A stretch of 63,462 bases of DNA, counting the filler, from Choristocarpus tenellus KU-1152 (Eukaryota; Protista; Phaeophyceae), in the NCBI GenBank assembly GCA_964200185.2. It is 10 parts of 10 records of this genome, joined end to end, with 100 filler letters (N's around TTAATTAATTAA, not from the genome) between each part and the next. Parts side by side here need not be neighbours in the genome. Positions count along the whole stretch, not along the records: positions 1 to 8,928 come from CAXNAD020004184.1; positions 9,029 to 15,410 come from CAXNAD020008257.1; 8 more parts are not named here. One strand, 5' to 3'. The notes under the pieces are model-generated. The model made no database searches, was not told the DNA's origin, and worked only from the letters and a program-made list of their open reading frames with translations. Below, piece by piece: positions 1 through 11,975 of this stretch (the stretch's first letter is position 1; each line of letters opens with the position of its first letter). The translations under genes and the position numbers were made by a program.

Positions 1-22
1 CCCCCCTCAGATACTTTGACCC
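1..22. mobile_element. Terminus of poly-C mini-element (…CCCTCAGATACTTTGACCC)
   Basis: The same terminus occurs at 29780, 31447 and 36073 and resembles the TIR of the 258-bp MITE. Confidence 0.55.
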
Positions 23-2396
23 TCTATTGAATTAACCTAGTAGGAGTGGAGTCAATTCTTTCTTAGTTGATAACTAGACAACATTCCCTTTCATCTTCCC
101 ATCTTTTCTACTATACAGCAGGATCCTCAACAATAATACTACAATTTGCTGAGCGATGATGTAAAGACATGTTCTCCCAACCCCATCATACCTACCTCAC
201 ACCGTCCTCGTTTTGGAACTTCGCCCAATGATATCATGTTGGTGGTGACATACTACAAAGAGTGCTACCATTCGCTCATCCTGACAATTCTCGAACGTCA
301 CGGGAGTGAGAGGGTTGGCACTTCCCAAGGAGTCTCAATGATCAACAAATCCTCACTGAAATATGTCCCTTGCCCACGTTTAATCTTTTGCACTGTACTG
401 GGTGATGCAGGACGCAGATTTCCAGGCTAGTCTGAAGATGGATAGAGAAAAAGAGGCGAGAAGGGCAAGTAAGGCCGAGGGTCCATTTATCGAGACTGCA
501 AGAAGAGAGGATCACAATTGTGGTACAATTCCTCCACTGCCCTCACCAACTCCGTCATCTCGTTTGGTCCCAGAGTGTCTGGAGAACCTGGCACAAGAAA
601 CAACAGAACAGAAGAGGGAAAGGATAGCAAGGTCATACAAAAGACTTGGGGTTGGGCAAGTCACATTCAAGAGTTGAGAACATAGTACATGGCATGCAGG
701 AAGTACTACAACTGCATGTAGACCTTATGGAAGGACAAACCCAAAAACCATTGCTATTTTTTTTGTTCTTTGTGGCAGTTTATATGCTTTTCATTTGTCA
801 TTATTTTGTTGTACATTCGACCCTTCTTCAAACGCCAGGTAGCTTCAGTAGTTGCTATCCAACAATATTGGAGAGTACCTTCGCACTGAACAGAATAGTA
901 CAATAAGAACAACAGATAGGACCTTATTTCTCCATTTTCCCTATACTAATAAAGAAGAGAAAGACTTTACTTACTGGTCATACCCATTCAATACACACAC
1001 GTAGTACTCCCTAATAACCACTCTAATATGAGGAATGATGGATGTCATCCCATGTATAATGCTGAAATAATGGCTCTGTATAATGTGGAGCCAAATGTAG
1101 AAGAAAATGGCTCTAGTACTCATTGGTCATCGGTTTGCAGCAATTTTTACACAATATGTCGAGCCAGAGCATGGGGAAGAAGACGGCAGGATGGCCCTAT
1201 ATAGGTCCCTTGCATGAGATGCAACAACAATAAAGCTTCTTCGAAACTCTTTTCAGTCAAACTGTAGGCAGAAGACAGAGCCTATCACTTCGCACTATAC
1301 TACCCACTTGATCACGGATATTATCAATTCTGACGTTAACTTCGTACAACCTCTAGTACAACACTACCCTTGCTAGTCAGTTACATTTTGCATCGGATGT
1401 CAGGCATGAAAGAATATTGTTGTGTAGGTGCTGCAGAGAAACATTGATTGTGATACACTAGTGTGGTTTTCCCCCTTGAAAAACCTAGTGTTTGTTGATT
1501 TGACAGTTCACTGAGATTTATAGATAGATTTGTATTTAGCTGATAAATTTGTGAAGCTTTTAAGAAGTGAACTTCTTGACTGAAAGGCATCGAATTGTGA
1601 CAAAATTATGTAATAGTTCAATAATAAAGAAAGAGATGAGGAAACAAAGCGCATAGGCTATGAATATTAATTACGTGGAAGTAGTAGGTACATCCAAAAA
1701 AGATGAACTGGAGATGATCTTGGATTATACAGGAGATGTCTCACCCCCAAGCAGACTATGGACAGACACCTACACTGTTTTCGCAAAATAACCATTGCCT
1801 TGCAAAGCAACCCATTTTCGTGATGCGAGATACTTGAGTTACAACAAATGGACAACATACCAAGCAAATGCACTCCTTTACACCCCTGTAGTTTGGGCTA
1901 TGATAACTATGGCATTCCACAACATACTTTTTTTGTTCTTACGGTATGCAATATAAACCGGTAATAATGGTAATAACAAAGCTTTGGAGAGGCAAGTAGC
2001 AGATGTTTTGGAAGTAAATAACTCTCCTTGGTGATTCATTGTGATATATAGACCTATTTATTCTCATGCAACCAACACAGAATTATATTCCCTGCTCATT
2101 CAATCTCGAATACTGGCATGTTTCCTTTACTCCAACTTACAAATGCCATGTGCACAATAACATGGACTACCACCATTCTTATTCTAGAACTTAATCGTTG
2201 ATCGTGAAAAAGAAGCCGTGTGTGTGTGTTAGTGCATGACACAAGACATCTTGGTGCAGCTCATGCTAGTACTCACTGTATCCTATACATATCACTCATG
2301 TCCCTTGCAATTCCTCTTCAACGCAATGTGGTCGTCACCAAATCAAACTTAACAAGATTGCACCAACCACTCTGTCCACAATTCAGAGAATCTCTG

Positions 2397-2421
2397 GCAG
2401 CAGCAGCAGCAGCAGCAGCAG
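2397..2421. repeat. (CAG/GCA)n microsatellite
   Basis: gcagcagcagcagcagcagcagcag. Confidence 0.9.
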
Positions 2422-3302
2422 CCTGCACTCAACCCAATTACCAATCAAGAAATTATCATACTATCACACTCGCAAATTCCATTTACCAACCCAAATGCAG
2501 TCCAGGACATATCACATTGAAAAGAAAACACACTTACAGACACGTAAGGGAGCAAGATTGGACAGTCACGGTTGGGACTAATCCAACAATAGAACCTAGA
2601 CTATTAAGCAAGCACAACAAAAAAGATACATGTCGGAACCCATGTCAATCAATGCAGTAGACCCATGCCATGAGGCAATCCACTAGCCTCTATCACATCC
2701 AGCAACTTCATTTACAGACATACACTGGTGAGCATGGACATTTTCAAGGCAAGCAGAAGGAAGCAAATAAGCAGCACAGATCATTTCCTAAGCAAACATT
2801 GCCACCCACAAAGCGAACATATCTAGAACCTACACAGAAGTTTCCACAAAAAAATTCCTTGTTCTTCACCTCACTGCCTTCTGTCCCAGTACCCAACAAA
2901 ATTCCACAAGAGTCACACATGTAGCCATGTTCACAAAACAAACACAGTGAGCTCAGTCAACCAAACCACAACACACCTAGTCTATATACCAAAACACAAC
3001 CCCCAGAAATGTACTAATTGCCCAGAGTCACTATAAATTACATTGCTTCGATGCCAAAAGCACCCCAGCAAGGGCATTGAGGTGCTATGTGGGCACCTCA
3101 AGGAGCAGATACAACTGACCGAGAAAATGGGGCACAAACCATGAAATCCTACTTCCCCTTGCCAGTCTCTGTCATTATGCAACCACATAGCAACAGGGAC
3201 AGGGTCGAAAGAATACATCACGTACCATCAGAAATTGGCAAACCACCATCTATAGCTTCAGGTGCACAGTGATGTGAAAAGGGTGTGTGTGGCAAGGCAT
3301 AC

Positions 3303-6300
3303 CTACACTCGACACTTGTTGATTCCATCAACAATCTTGTCCTTATCAAGGCTGAGACCAATGAAGACAATTTTGCTCTGCCTTCCAGTGCCATCTTCTG
3401 GCCACTCTACCGGGCTTGCCTCGCACTTGATCTGCTCATGCACTCCCTGTAGTATCACATAAACAACATCAGTCAGCAGGGTGACGGATAACAACAGGTA
3501 CACCTCACCACCATGTTGTTCACTCTGTAGTGTGTATCATAGTACTGATACTTAAGCTTTGAAAGTGGTCAAGAGTCGTTCTTACTGGGAAAAAAAAAAC
3601 TGTTTGGCAGGTGATCATACCAACACATTCCATATTGGTATCATCAATCACCATCCATCATCATGGAGTAGATGGGACAGGGTGTACTGATGAGGGGATT
3701 GGATGGGGGGAGCAACAACATAATGGGCATTTTCAAAACTAAATGACAGATCATAAAACACACGCTAACAGGTACGCTTGGCACATATCTGATAACAAAC
3801 AAAACAACGAAGCATTGGAATACACTAGAGGCAGGGTTAGGGCTACAAAACTGGCTGAGACAAAACTTTCCTCAAATTCTCCAAGGGGTGTTATTAACTA
3901 GTAGAAATGATGACAACTGTCACCAACATATCACACAAATATGGAAACACACTGAATGTCCTTTGCAGCAATTGGTGCATGCTGAGAACTGGAACAAGCA
4001 AGAGAGAGAGAGAGAGAGAGAGAGAGAGTCTTCTGACAGCTCTAAAATGTACACAAACTGAAACAGACACTATACACGATAACAAAAATCCTCAAAAGGG
4101 TTATGAAAAGTCCACACTGACATTGTCACTACTTATCTTGTCTTGTATCACATATCAACCAAACCCCCGCCATTGCAGTGTATATGGAAATAACAATAGG
4201 ATGCAGAAGTCAACCTAAACCAATACAACATATGGGAATTTAGTGTTGACACCTAAAATACTACAGACAAGTTCTAGTTCACTTTCTCCAACCTTGCATT
4301 GGCCAAATCTACTACTGCACTCACTCAGTCACGGCCAAAACTTGAGACAATTTGACACAAGCATACATGTATAGACTGTCACAGCAGATCCCGGGCTACC
4401 AACCAACCACTGTTGCCCAGACATAAAACTTATTACCACTTAAAGGTGTTCTTGAAGATATCAACGGCAGCTACTAATGTACAGAGGCAAGACATTTTGT
4501 TCACCCCATGCATGTATCATCAACAGTTTCTTACTTGAGTCATACCACACCACCTAAACCCTAACCCTATTTGAAATACTGCGCTCTCCCTCTTGTAGCA
4601 CTTGCCACATCTAGTGAGTTGCTAATACACCAATCGTCAACTCTTCTTTAATTCCACAGCTCTCCCACCATAAACTGAGATCCCTAAGCCTAACTCCAAC
4701 TCCCTTAACCTAATAGTAAAAGAAAGTCAGTCACAAGGGTATCTCCAGAGTGCCTGCCATTGCTTTCCGCTTTTTCGTGTTTCCTACTTACATGCAAATA
4801 AATAATAAATTGATATTAACACCAGAAGTGTGATGCTACTGTAGCTATCTCACAGCAAGGTTAGGGGTACAAAAAGACTGGCATTACAGTAGAGTCATGC
4901 TTCCAATTTCTCGACACACGCCTTACCAAGGAGGGACACACATGAAAATCAAACACCAACATATCTGTGCAGAGATATTCTACAAACACTTCAGGCACTA
5001 CCACCCTAACCCATACTGCAGTGAACTAACAAAGTTACAAACAGGTGGAACCCAGCCCATAACCTCTTAGTGCCTGTACCTCTCCACTAGTCAATGAACC
5101 AACCACAAAAAGGTACAGAATGTCTCATCGTACATACTCCAACAGAATACCACCTTGGGGCAGTGAACAGCAACCCTCCCCTTCATGACAAACCAACAAG
5201 CCCGCAACAAAGAAAATACACAGGTTGCACCTTTTATCACCTTGAACCCGCACAAGAGAAAATTGTCCGAGATGCACAACCTTTCAAGACAAAAGTAACG
5301 TCTGTTTGGAAGGCTTCATTGCTCTAAATATTGAATGGGTTGAAACCTAACAACAATAACATAAATTATAATACTACTACTACTACTAATAATAATAATA
5401 CAAAATGGTGTATCCCTGCATGGAGGACGGATTGGGGTCATCCAACCAGTACGGCCTCTCTTATCCGCCTAAGTTACAGCAATCACCTTTTCCAACACTT
5501 GGCAACTTGTTGTACTCTTAAACCAGATTTACTTGTCATAAATGGTACAACTTTTTTTTCGTTAAAAAAACTGTTTCGAGACTTTTATCGATTTATTAAC
5601 GCCCGAGCACCCCATCACCCCACATAAAGAGTAAGATAATGATATTACACAAGAGAAGTAAACACACAGACAACATCAACTACCTCAAAACACAGAACAT
5701 ACAACACATTCTGTAAGCACCAAAAGCAGAAACTCCAACCAGATCCCTTCCAACAATGCAGACCTGATATTAATACCTCAACAGGCAACATCAACATCAT
5801 CTACGGAAATACAGTATCTAGCCCTAACCCTCATCCACTGCAGAAAAAATAGGGTTAGGGTGAAGGAGGCACTAAACATGAAATTAAAATCCACCAAAAA
5901 AAACTTTATATTTGCTTTTCTTACTAAAACTCACACCTTGACAACTGGCCTGCTACCCTCCATCCCCTACCTGTAAGGTCTCCAATGACAATGCTGATTG
6001 CAAAAGCACAAACTAGTTCAAGCACTCAATGCAACAATCGGTCAACTCCATTGGTCTATTGAGGCAACCAGACTATTTGATTGGCCCAACGTAACAATCC
6101 AGGTATTTCCATTGCCTAACTACTTTGACCTTTCATACCTGAAATACAAACTTCTGGTCCTGTCCAGCAAAGGCTAATACCCCCTTGGAACGGAATAGGT
6201 CTTGAGAGTGTTCTGCCAAGAAGTCGCCCATGAATTCATTGAACATGTCCACATCCAACTCACCATCAAGAGTCAGGCCAAGAGAACCCACCTGTGTCGA

Positions 6301-8482
6301 GCACCAAAAATGGCAGCACCAATTCAGAGACAATATCAATATATATCAATATATATATATATATCATAATTGATGAGATATTCTTGGCAAAAATATCTGA
6401 TTGGTTCAACACAACAGATGAGGTTTATCCTGCTCACAGTCACCTAGCGGGGCATTTAGTACTATGTATCCTTAGCAAATACACCTGATTGGTTGCACGT
6501 TACCAGAGCGAAAAATGTGATTGATGTTTCTTACATCAATTTACTTGATACATCCATCTTGGCATGACTCTCATTACACACTGGCTAAATACATCTATTA
6601 CTAGTGATAGCTTCATCCAATAGGTGGAAATTCTACTGTTCGTGACATGTTACATCCCCAACATTATGTACCAGTTAGATACTTAGATTAGAATCAATCC
6701 ATTCCAAGCAGCAATAGGCCAAACAAGCAAAAACAAACTAAAGGTTCCTCACAGTGACAAAACTTGTACAGAATGAGTAGTGGAGAAGGGACTTACAAAC
6801 ATAACAAAAACTCAGCACTATCACATGCAAAAAACTCTCAGCTATTCACTTGCAATGCCCACAAACTGCCCCCACCTCAACCTCCAGTCTATACCAGCCT
6901 CAGCCTCACCCTAACCCTAACCCTAACCCGGATATTGAAGAACTGTGAACCCAAAAGAACAAATACACTATCGATACAAATAAAACAGGATGTGAAGATG
7001 GTTCCTCATTAACAAGTCAACACATTTCCAGCAAACACACCCTGCATCTGCTTCAAAGTATCTTAGAGGGTAGAGCCATGTCCGTTTGGGGGCCAAAATC
7101 CAATGTTGCAATTCGTGTAATTTTCGCTAATGCTTTTGTTAGGAATTGTGAATATCCATGTTCCAGACAAATTTTTTCAGAACGTATACATTTTACCTAC
7201 TCCAAAACATATTGGAGTAGGAAAATGTCACAAAAAACAAGTGGGAAGCCAAGCCCCAAACAGACAGAGCAAAAACTCATGCCCTCTAAGATACTTTCAC
7301 TCATGCCCTCTAAGATACTGCACACCTGACGCCTTCGATCCCATCCTCTACACCCTGCAATAAGACATTCCAAACGTAACAACGCCTCCACAACACCCTC
7401 GCCCTTGCCCTAGCCCTAAACCACTGTCAGAATCTCACTTATCCCTACAACCAACCTACCACACAGAACCCTCCTTCGCAGGACAACAAAAGTTGCAAAC
7501 ACCAAAACAAGAACAATTCTAACCCTAACCCTAACCCTAACTCACGTTTGAATCATGGCGAGTCGAAGAGACCTTTGTCTTCTTCTGAGCGGGTGCCTTA
7601 GTCAAAGACCCACCATCCTCATTCTTTCTCTTTTCTCCTGTATTACTGTGACCGTTCTCATTGCCGTTGCTACCATTCTCATCTCCGTGGTCAAAGCCGC
7701 AGTCGTGCCCACCCTTGAACAACGCCATCAACATTCATTTATACACAAATAAAGAAAATCTGATCACTACCAATAATAGAAATACCTTGAAAATAGAAAA
7801 TGCGCAATAGCAACAAACACCGGAATGATTTGATACAATTTAGTACTAAAAATAAAAGTACACATTGAACAGTGCTACGAATCTCTTGGAAGAAAATGCG
7901 AGCATAGTAGAAAAAAAAAAGTCTCAATAACGTTCCCTCCATTTTCCAATATGAATCAAAGCATGCAAGTAGCCAGCATACACACGATAAATGCAAAAAC
8001 ATTTTACCAAACCATGCAAGCAAGCACGTATGAAAGAAATTAGTCAACAAAAATTAAAAACAAAATAAACAAGCACACGCGTAAGAAAATAGTCAATAAA
8101 AATAAAACAAATAAATATACTTTGTAGTCAAGTTATAATATTTTAGCAGACCATGCTGTGAACATACACTCCAGAACAACCATTCCAAGAATATAAAAAT
8201 GAAAGAAACTTCTTGGCATAGTGCATGCTGTGGAGTAACTGACTAATTGAGAATTTAATAAAAAAATGACATTTTAAAAATTGAATCATGGTTTTTCACA
8301 AAAAAAAATGTTTTGTCAAGAACTCAAAAAAAAGCACCACCCCTATTCACCTCAGAGTGATTGTGATCGTGACTGTGACTATGACTGTGGTCATGATCAT
8401 GCCCCTTGTCATGCCCATCTGCCTTGGCCTTGGCCTTGGCCTCTGCTTCTGCCTTCTCCCTTGCTTCTTCCTCTTTCGCCTC
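3303..8482 (-). CDS. COG0523/CobW-family (ZNG1/CBWD-like) metallochaperone GTPase, 3' part: His-rich linker + CobW_C domain; 5' exons not on this contig
   Basis: Four phase-0 exons with GT-AG sites: 8482-8351 (EAKEEEAREKAEAEAKAKAKADGHDKGHDHDHSHSHSHDHNHSE), 7713-7546 (GGHDCGFDHG...STRHDSN), 6291-6139 (VGSLGLTLDGELDVDMFNEFMGDFLAEHSQDLFRSKGVLAFAGQDQKFVFQ), 3446-3303 (GVHEQ...RQSKIVFIGLSLDKDKIVDGINKCRV*). The RSKG, FQGVH and SKIVFIG motifs are typical of CobW_C. Confidence 0.9.
4001..4028. repeat. (AG)n microsatellite, intronic
   Basis: Direct observation. Confidence 0.9.
7050..7302 (+). mobile_element. MITE family A copy 1 (Sola2-like)
   Basis: TIRs (GCT)TCAAAGTATCTTAGAGGGTA…TGCCCTCTAAGATACTTTCACTC. 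Internal sequence matches the other copies. Lies in a CobW intron. Confidence 0.85.
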
Positions 8483-8928
8483 CTGTATGTCAATTGGAAC
8501 ACGGAGATCAACGAAGAGGACTGATTAGAACGATACCTTGAATAATAACCCTTAAAAATATATATTGATACCTTGAATTCCACCACTAGGATGTACACTT
8601 ACATCCTTTCCACTAGCTTATCTTATTACTTGATTAATACCAGCATTTCAAATATTTAGGGTTGGGGCTACAGATACTTACAATTGTCATTAGACAAAAC
8701 ACAAACCTGTCCATGCATACACACAAACCGAGGACATTAAAGAAATTCAAAATTCTATTTTTGTTTTTCTAGGAATCAAATTCAAATTATTAATAGTAAA
8801 TCATCTCTTTTTCTCAACCTCACAGTTGAAATTATTGGTTCTATTTTCATAAAACTACCATAATTTCACAATATACATATCTAACCTACACAAAAGAACT
8901 GCCAGTGAACTTTTTTTGGTGGGGGGGG

Positions 8929-9028
8929 NNNNNNNNNNNNNNNNNNNNNNNNNNNNNNNNNNNNNNNNNNNNTTAATTAATTAANNNNNNNNNNNNNNNN
9001 NNNNNNNNNNNNNNNNNNNNNNNNNNNN
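8929..9028. other. Artificial contig linker (N44-TTAATTAATTAA-N44). Identical linkers at 15411-15510, 29874-29973, 33039-33138, 36080-36179, 39744-39843, 46595-46694, 51337-51436, 56002-56101
   Basis: Identical 100-nt structure nine times. TTAATTAATTAA places stops in all six frames. Confidence 0.97.
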
Positions 9029-9052
9029 GTTGAGAGAAAAAGTAAGAAAAAA

Positions 9053-9099
<47 letters not shown>

Positions 9100-11009
9100 T
9101 CAAGATTGAGGGGTAGGTGAAACTACAGTGTGATCGCACCATTTGTCTCAACTCAAAAAACCTCAAATGGAATAAGTAGTGACAGGCTGCTCTTGATAGC
9201 ATTACCGTAACCGGTACCTGTCACATCAAGCTCGGTATGACACCTAAAAATAGTGATTGGTACAGCTTAATCTTCCTTAAAATAACTCTAACCCTAACCC
9301 TAATAATTCCAAACTTGCTGCTGCAAGGCCTACACTGAAGTATGAAAGTCAGCAGAGGACCCAAGTGCCCAAAATACACCCCCCGGCAGACACTCAGCAG
9401 TAGGAGCAGAGCATGTCACGTCAGGACCTGCTACCACCAAGGAAAAGGACCTCAAATCCCCAGTGTTCCTCAATCCGAAATCTACGAGGGCAACAGTTTT
9501 TGGCGACACGCACACGTTCAGCCTTTGACCTCATTTTGTCGAGGGTTTTCTGGCTCTCCTTCGCAGCCAAATCTACAGCACTTGGTGCCAGGTCCTCCCT
9601 CAGACTGGATGATACAGAAGCGAAACACCTGAGTGCAACAGCATCGCAGAGCGCCGGGTCGAAACCAAAAAATAAGGATTTTTCGAATGGAAGGTAGTCA
9701 GACTGTGCCACGGATATGGTATTCTCCTGGTTTGCACACGGTTTCATGGCCCAAAAGAGATGAAACATAGTGTAATATGCCTCAGTCCTCACATGGGCCC
9801 CGACAAGGTATCAACCGTCGTCGTGTCCTCATGACAATGTACAAAGATCTTTAATCATTACTGATCCTCAGTACTCACATGGGTCCCAACAAGGTGTCAG
9901 CCTTCGTCGTACCCTCATGGTAATGTACAGCGAAGTGTAACCATTGTCTCATCTACCCTCGATATAAAGCGTGTAACCATATTCTGCCCTCATTTAGCCA
10001 GATTCTACAAGGAAACCCAGTCCTAAACAAGAACATGACTGTCCTGTACAATATCTACAGGGCGGTATGCCTATCTCTCTTAGCACCTTGCCTCTCACAT
10101 TCTTTTCCACGCCTACCTCACCATCCCTATCCACCGTCTTCCGTACAAAAATCAGAGCATCAAAAACACTTCCTCTCACATGCATCCACTCACGTCAGTG
10201 CTCTCACCAATCAACGAATCCCAGTTACATACACCTCCCGGCGTAAAGCTATGGATTGTGAAGGATCTAGGTGTACAGGAGGAGTACTAGAAGTTGACCT
10301 TACCTGCCACCACGGGAAGGACCAAAAGACTGTGAAGGAGGAATGCAAGTGCCTCTTGGTCCGATTTTCCTGATGTTGGACTCGATACGGACACAATGAG
10401 AAGACATGCCACCCTACCCCTTAAGACAGATAGATACCAATCTTGTCCCCTATCAAGTCCTCAGTCAAAGGGTGTTGCAGACAACGTTTGGGTTTTTTGT
10501 GATTTAGTACCTCTATTCTGCTCAACAATTGACTTCAATTTTTTGAAAATTGGTCTGTGGTGGCGCCCAGAGCGCATCTGTGTAAAGGTTCTTAGTTAAT
10601 CGTCCGCTACCTCTCTCACTGATGCGACTTTACAAAGAACCTGCTGTGGTTGTGTCCATGGTGGTGGTGTGAAGTCACGTTTTCAATACACTCTGCCTTA
10701 CTTTGTGTGTCAAAGTTGAAGTGAGTAAATCTCCATCCGACCCAACTGATGTTGTTTTTGATCAATCCCTTAACTCACTGTGTACGCCACACCAAGCAAT
10801 CAGTCGACTCGTGTTGGAAAACAGGATCAAGCAAGAAATTTCTTGTCATCGTTTGCTAGTGAAAGGGCTCCATCCTTACAACATGGGGGGAAGTCTCTTG
10901 AGCATTCCGTCCTTGGAAATTGAGAATGCAAAGGGTGGCATGGATGATGAAACAGGGAACTGTGAGAACAAAGACCGACCGTCAAATTTATCACGATCGC
11001 ACCAGGATT

Positions 11010-11975
11010 GGTCTGAAGTTGCTGCCCACCCAGTGTCAACACCGTGAATGTACTTGCCGACCTAGGCTCGGTCACGAAGTGGGTTAGAAGGTGATGCGCT
11101 GCTTTGACCATCTGTTGATGACATGGTAAGTGTGAAGTGTTCCCACTACCAGCACACAAAACGTGTGCGAATTCCACTCTCTGATGAAAAGGAATCGGAG
11201 GAAATGTACTGCTCCTGGCATAGGCTTGATGTGATAGTGGATACGAAGGATGCTCACTGCCAGCACTTGGATTGTGCTTTAAGGTCCAGGTTTGGTGATG
11301 ACGGGGATAGAAGGTCATGAACTCGTCCAGGTGTGCTGCATGTGAATCATGCTAACTACTAGCACCCATGATATGCCCGAAGGTCTATCATTGGTCATAA
11401 CGGGAATAAGAAGTTGGTGTACTGCTGAAAACATAACCTGGACAGCACGGTGGATGTGAAGCGTGCTCTCTACCAGCATTCCTTGAAGGTCTAGGTTTGG
11501 TCGTGATGGGAACAAGAACTTGAGGTAATGTCCTGGTGGACCAAGTGGTGGTTGTAAAGAGTGGTCATTGCTAGCACCCTGGGTGCGTTTGAAGTTCTTG
11601 CTTTTGTCTGCTAGAGTTTTGTATGGGTGAAGGAAGGCCTAGGTTCGGTTATGACGGGGGTGGAAGGGTGATGTGCTGCTCTGGGCATGTTCTGAATGGC
11701 ATTGTGGAATGTGATGCATGCTCACTCCCAGCACCCAGGATGTGCCTGAAGGTGTAACTTTGGTCATGTTAGGAGAAGAAAGGTGGTGCACTCCACTAAG
11801 CATAGCCTGGATGGTATAGGTGGATGCGATATATGCTCATTACCAGCTCCTAGCATGTGCTTGAAGGTCTAGCTTTGGTCATGATGGGGACAAGAACACG
11901 AAGTACTGCTTTGGTTGTAAGGTGAACGACATGGAGGCTGAATATGGGGAGTAACTGCTGACCAGCACACAGTAT
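11010..11975 (+). pseudogene. Decayed tandem array of EsV-1-7 cysteine-rich repeats (~8-9 units of ~38 aa / ~114 nt)
   Basis: Plus-strand translation gives e.g. MYCSWHRLDVIVDTKDAHCQHLDCALRSRFGDDGDRR and KKLVYC*KHNLDSTVDVKRALYQH. This matches the EsV-1-7 consensus GMVDVKxxxCxHxGCxKxPSFGxxGxKxxxYCxxH. The nucleotide motif aggtctaggtttggtcatga recurs roughly every 100-115 nt. Many stops and frameshifts. Confidence 0.8.

Noticed and set aside
100-1900. Possible gene from ORFs 146-906 and coding-like fragments at 1100-1900
   Set aside because: No recognisable motifs or consistent splice pattern. Probably decayed TE sequence that I cannot assign.
7078-7391. ORFs containing 'GSQAPN…YPLRYFHS' (also at 16014, 37243, 46722)
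   Set aside because: Chance translations of MITE family A. The frames are not conserved between copies.
8973-8984. Recurring TTAATTAATTAA palindrome as a biological motif
   Set aside because: It is always centred in exactly 88 Ns, so it is an artificial six-frame-stop spacer.
11010-11975. CRISPR-like regularly spaced repeats
   Set aside because: The whole ~114-nt unit is repeated and translates to EsV-1-7 protein repeats. There is no repeat-spacer structure.
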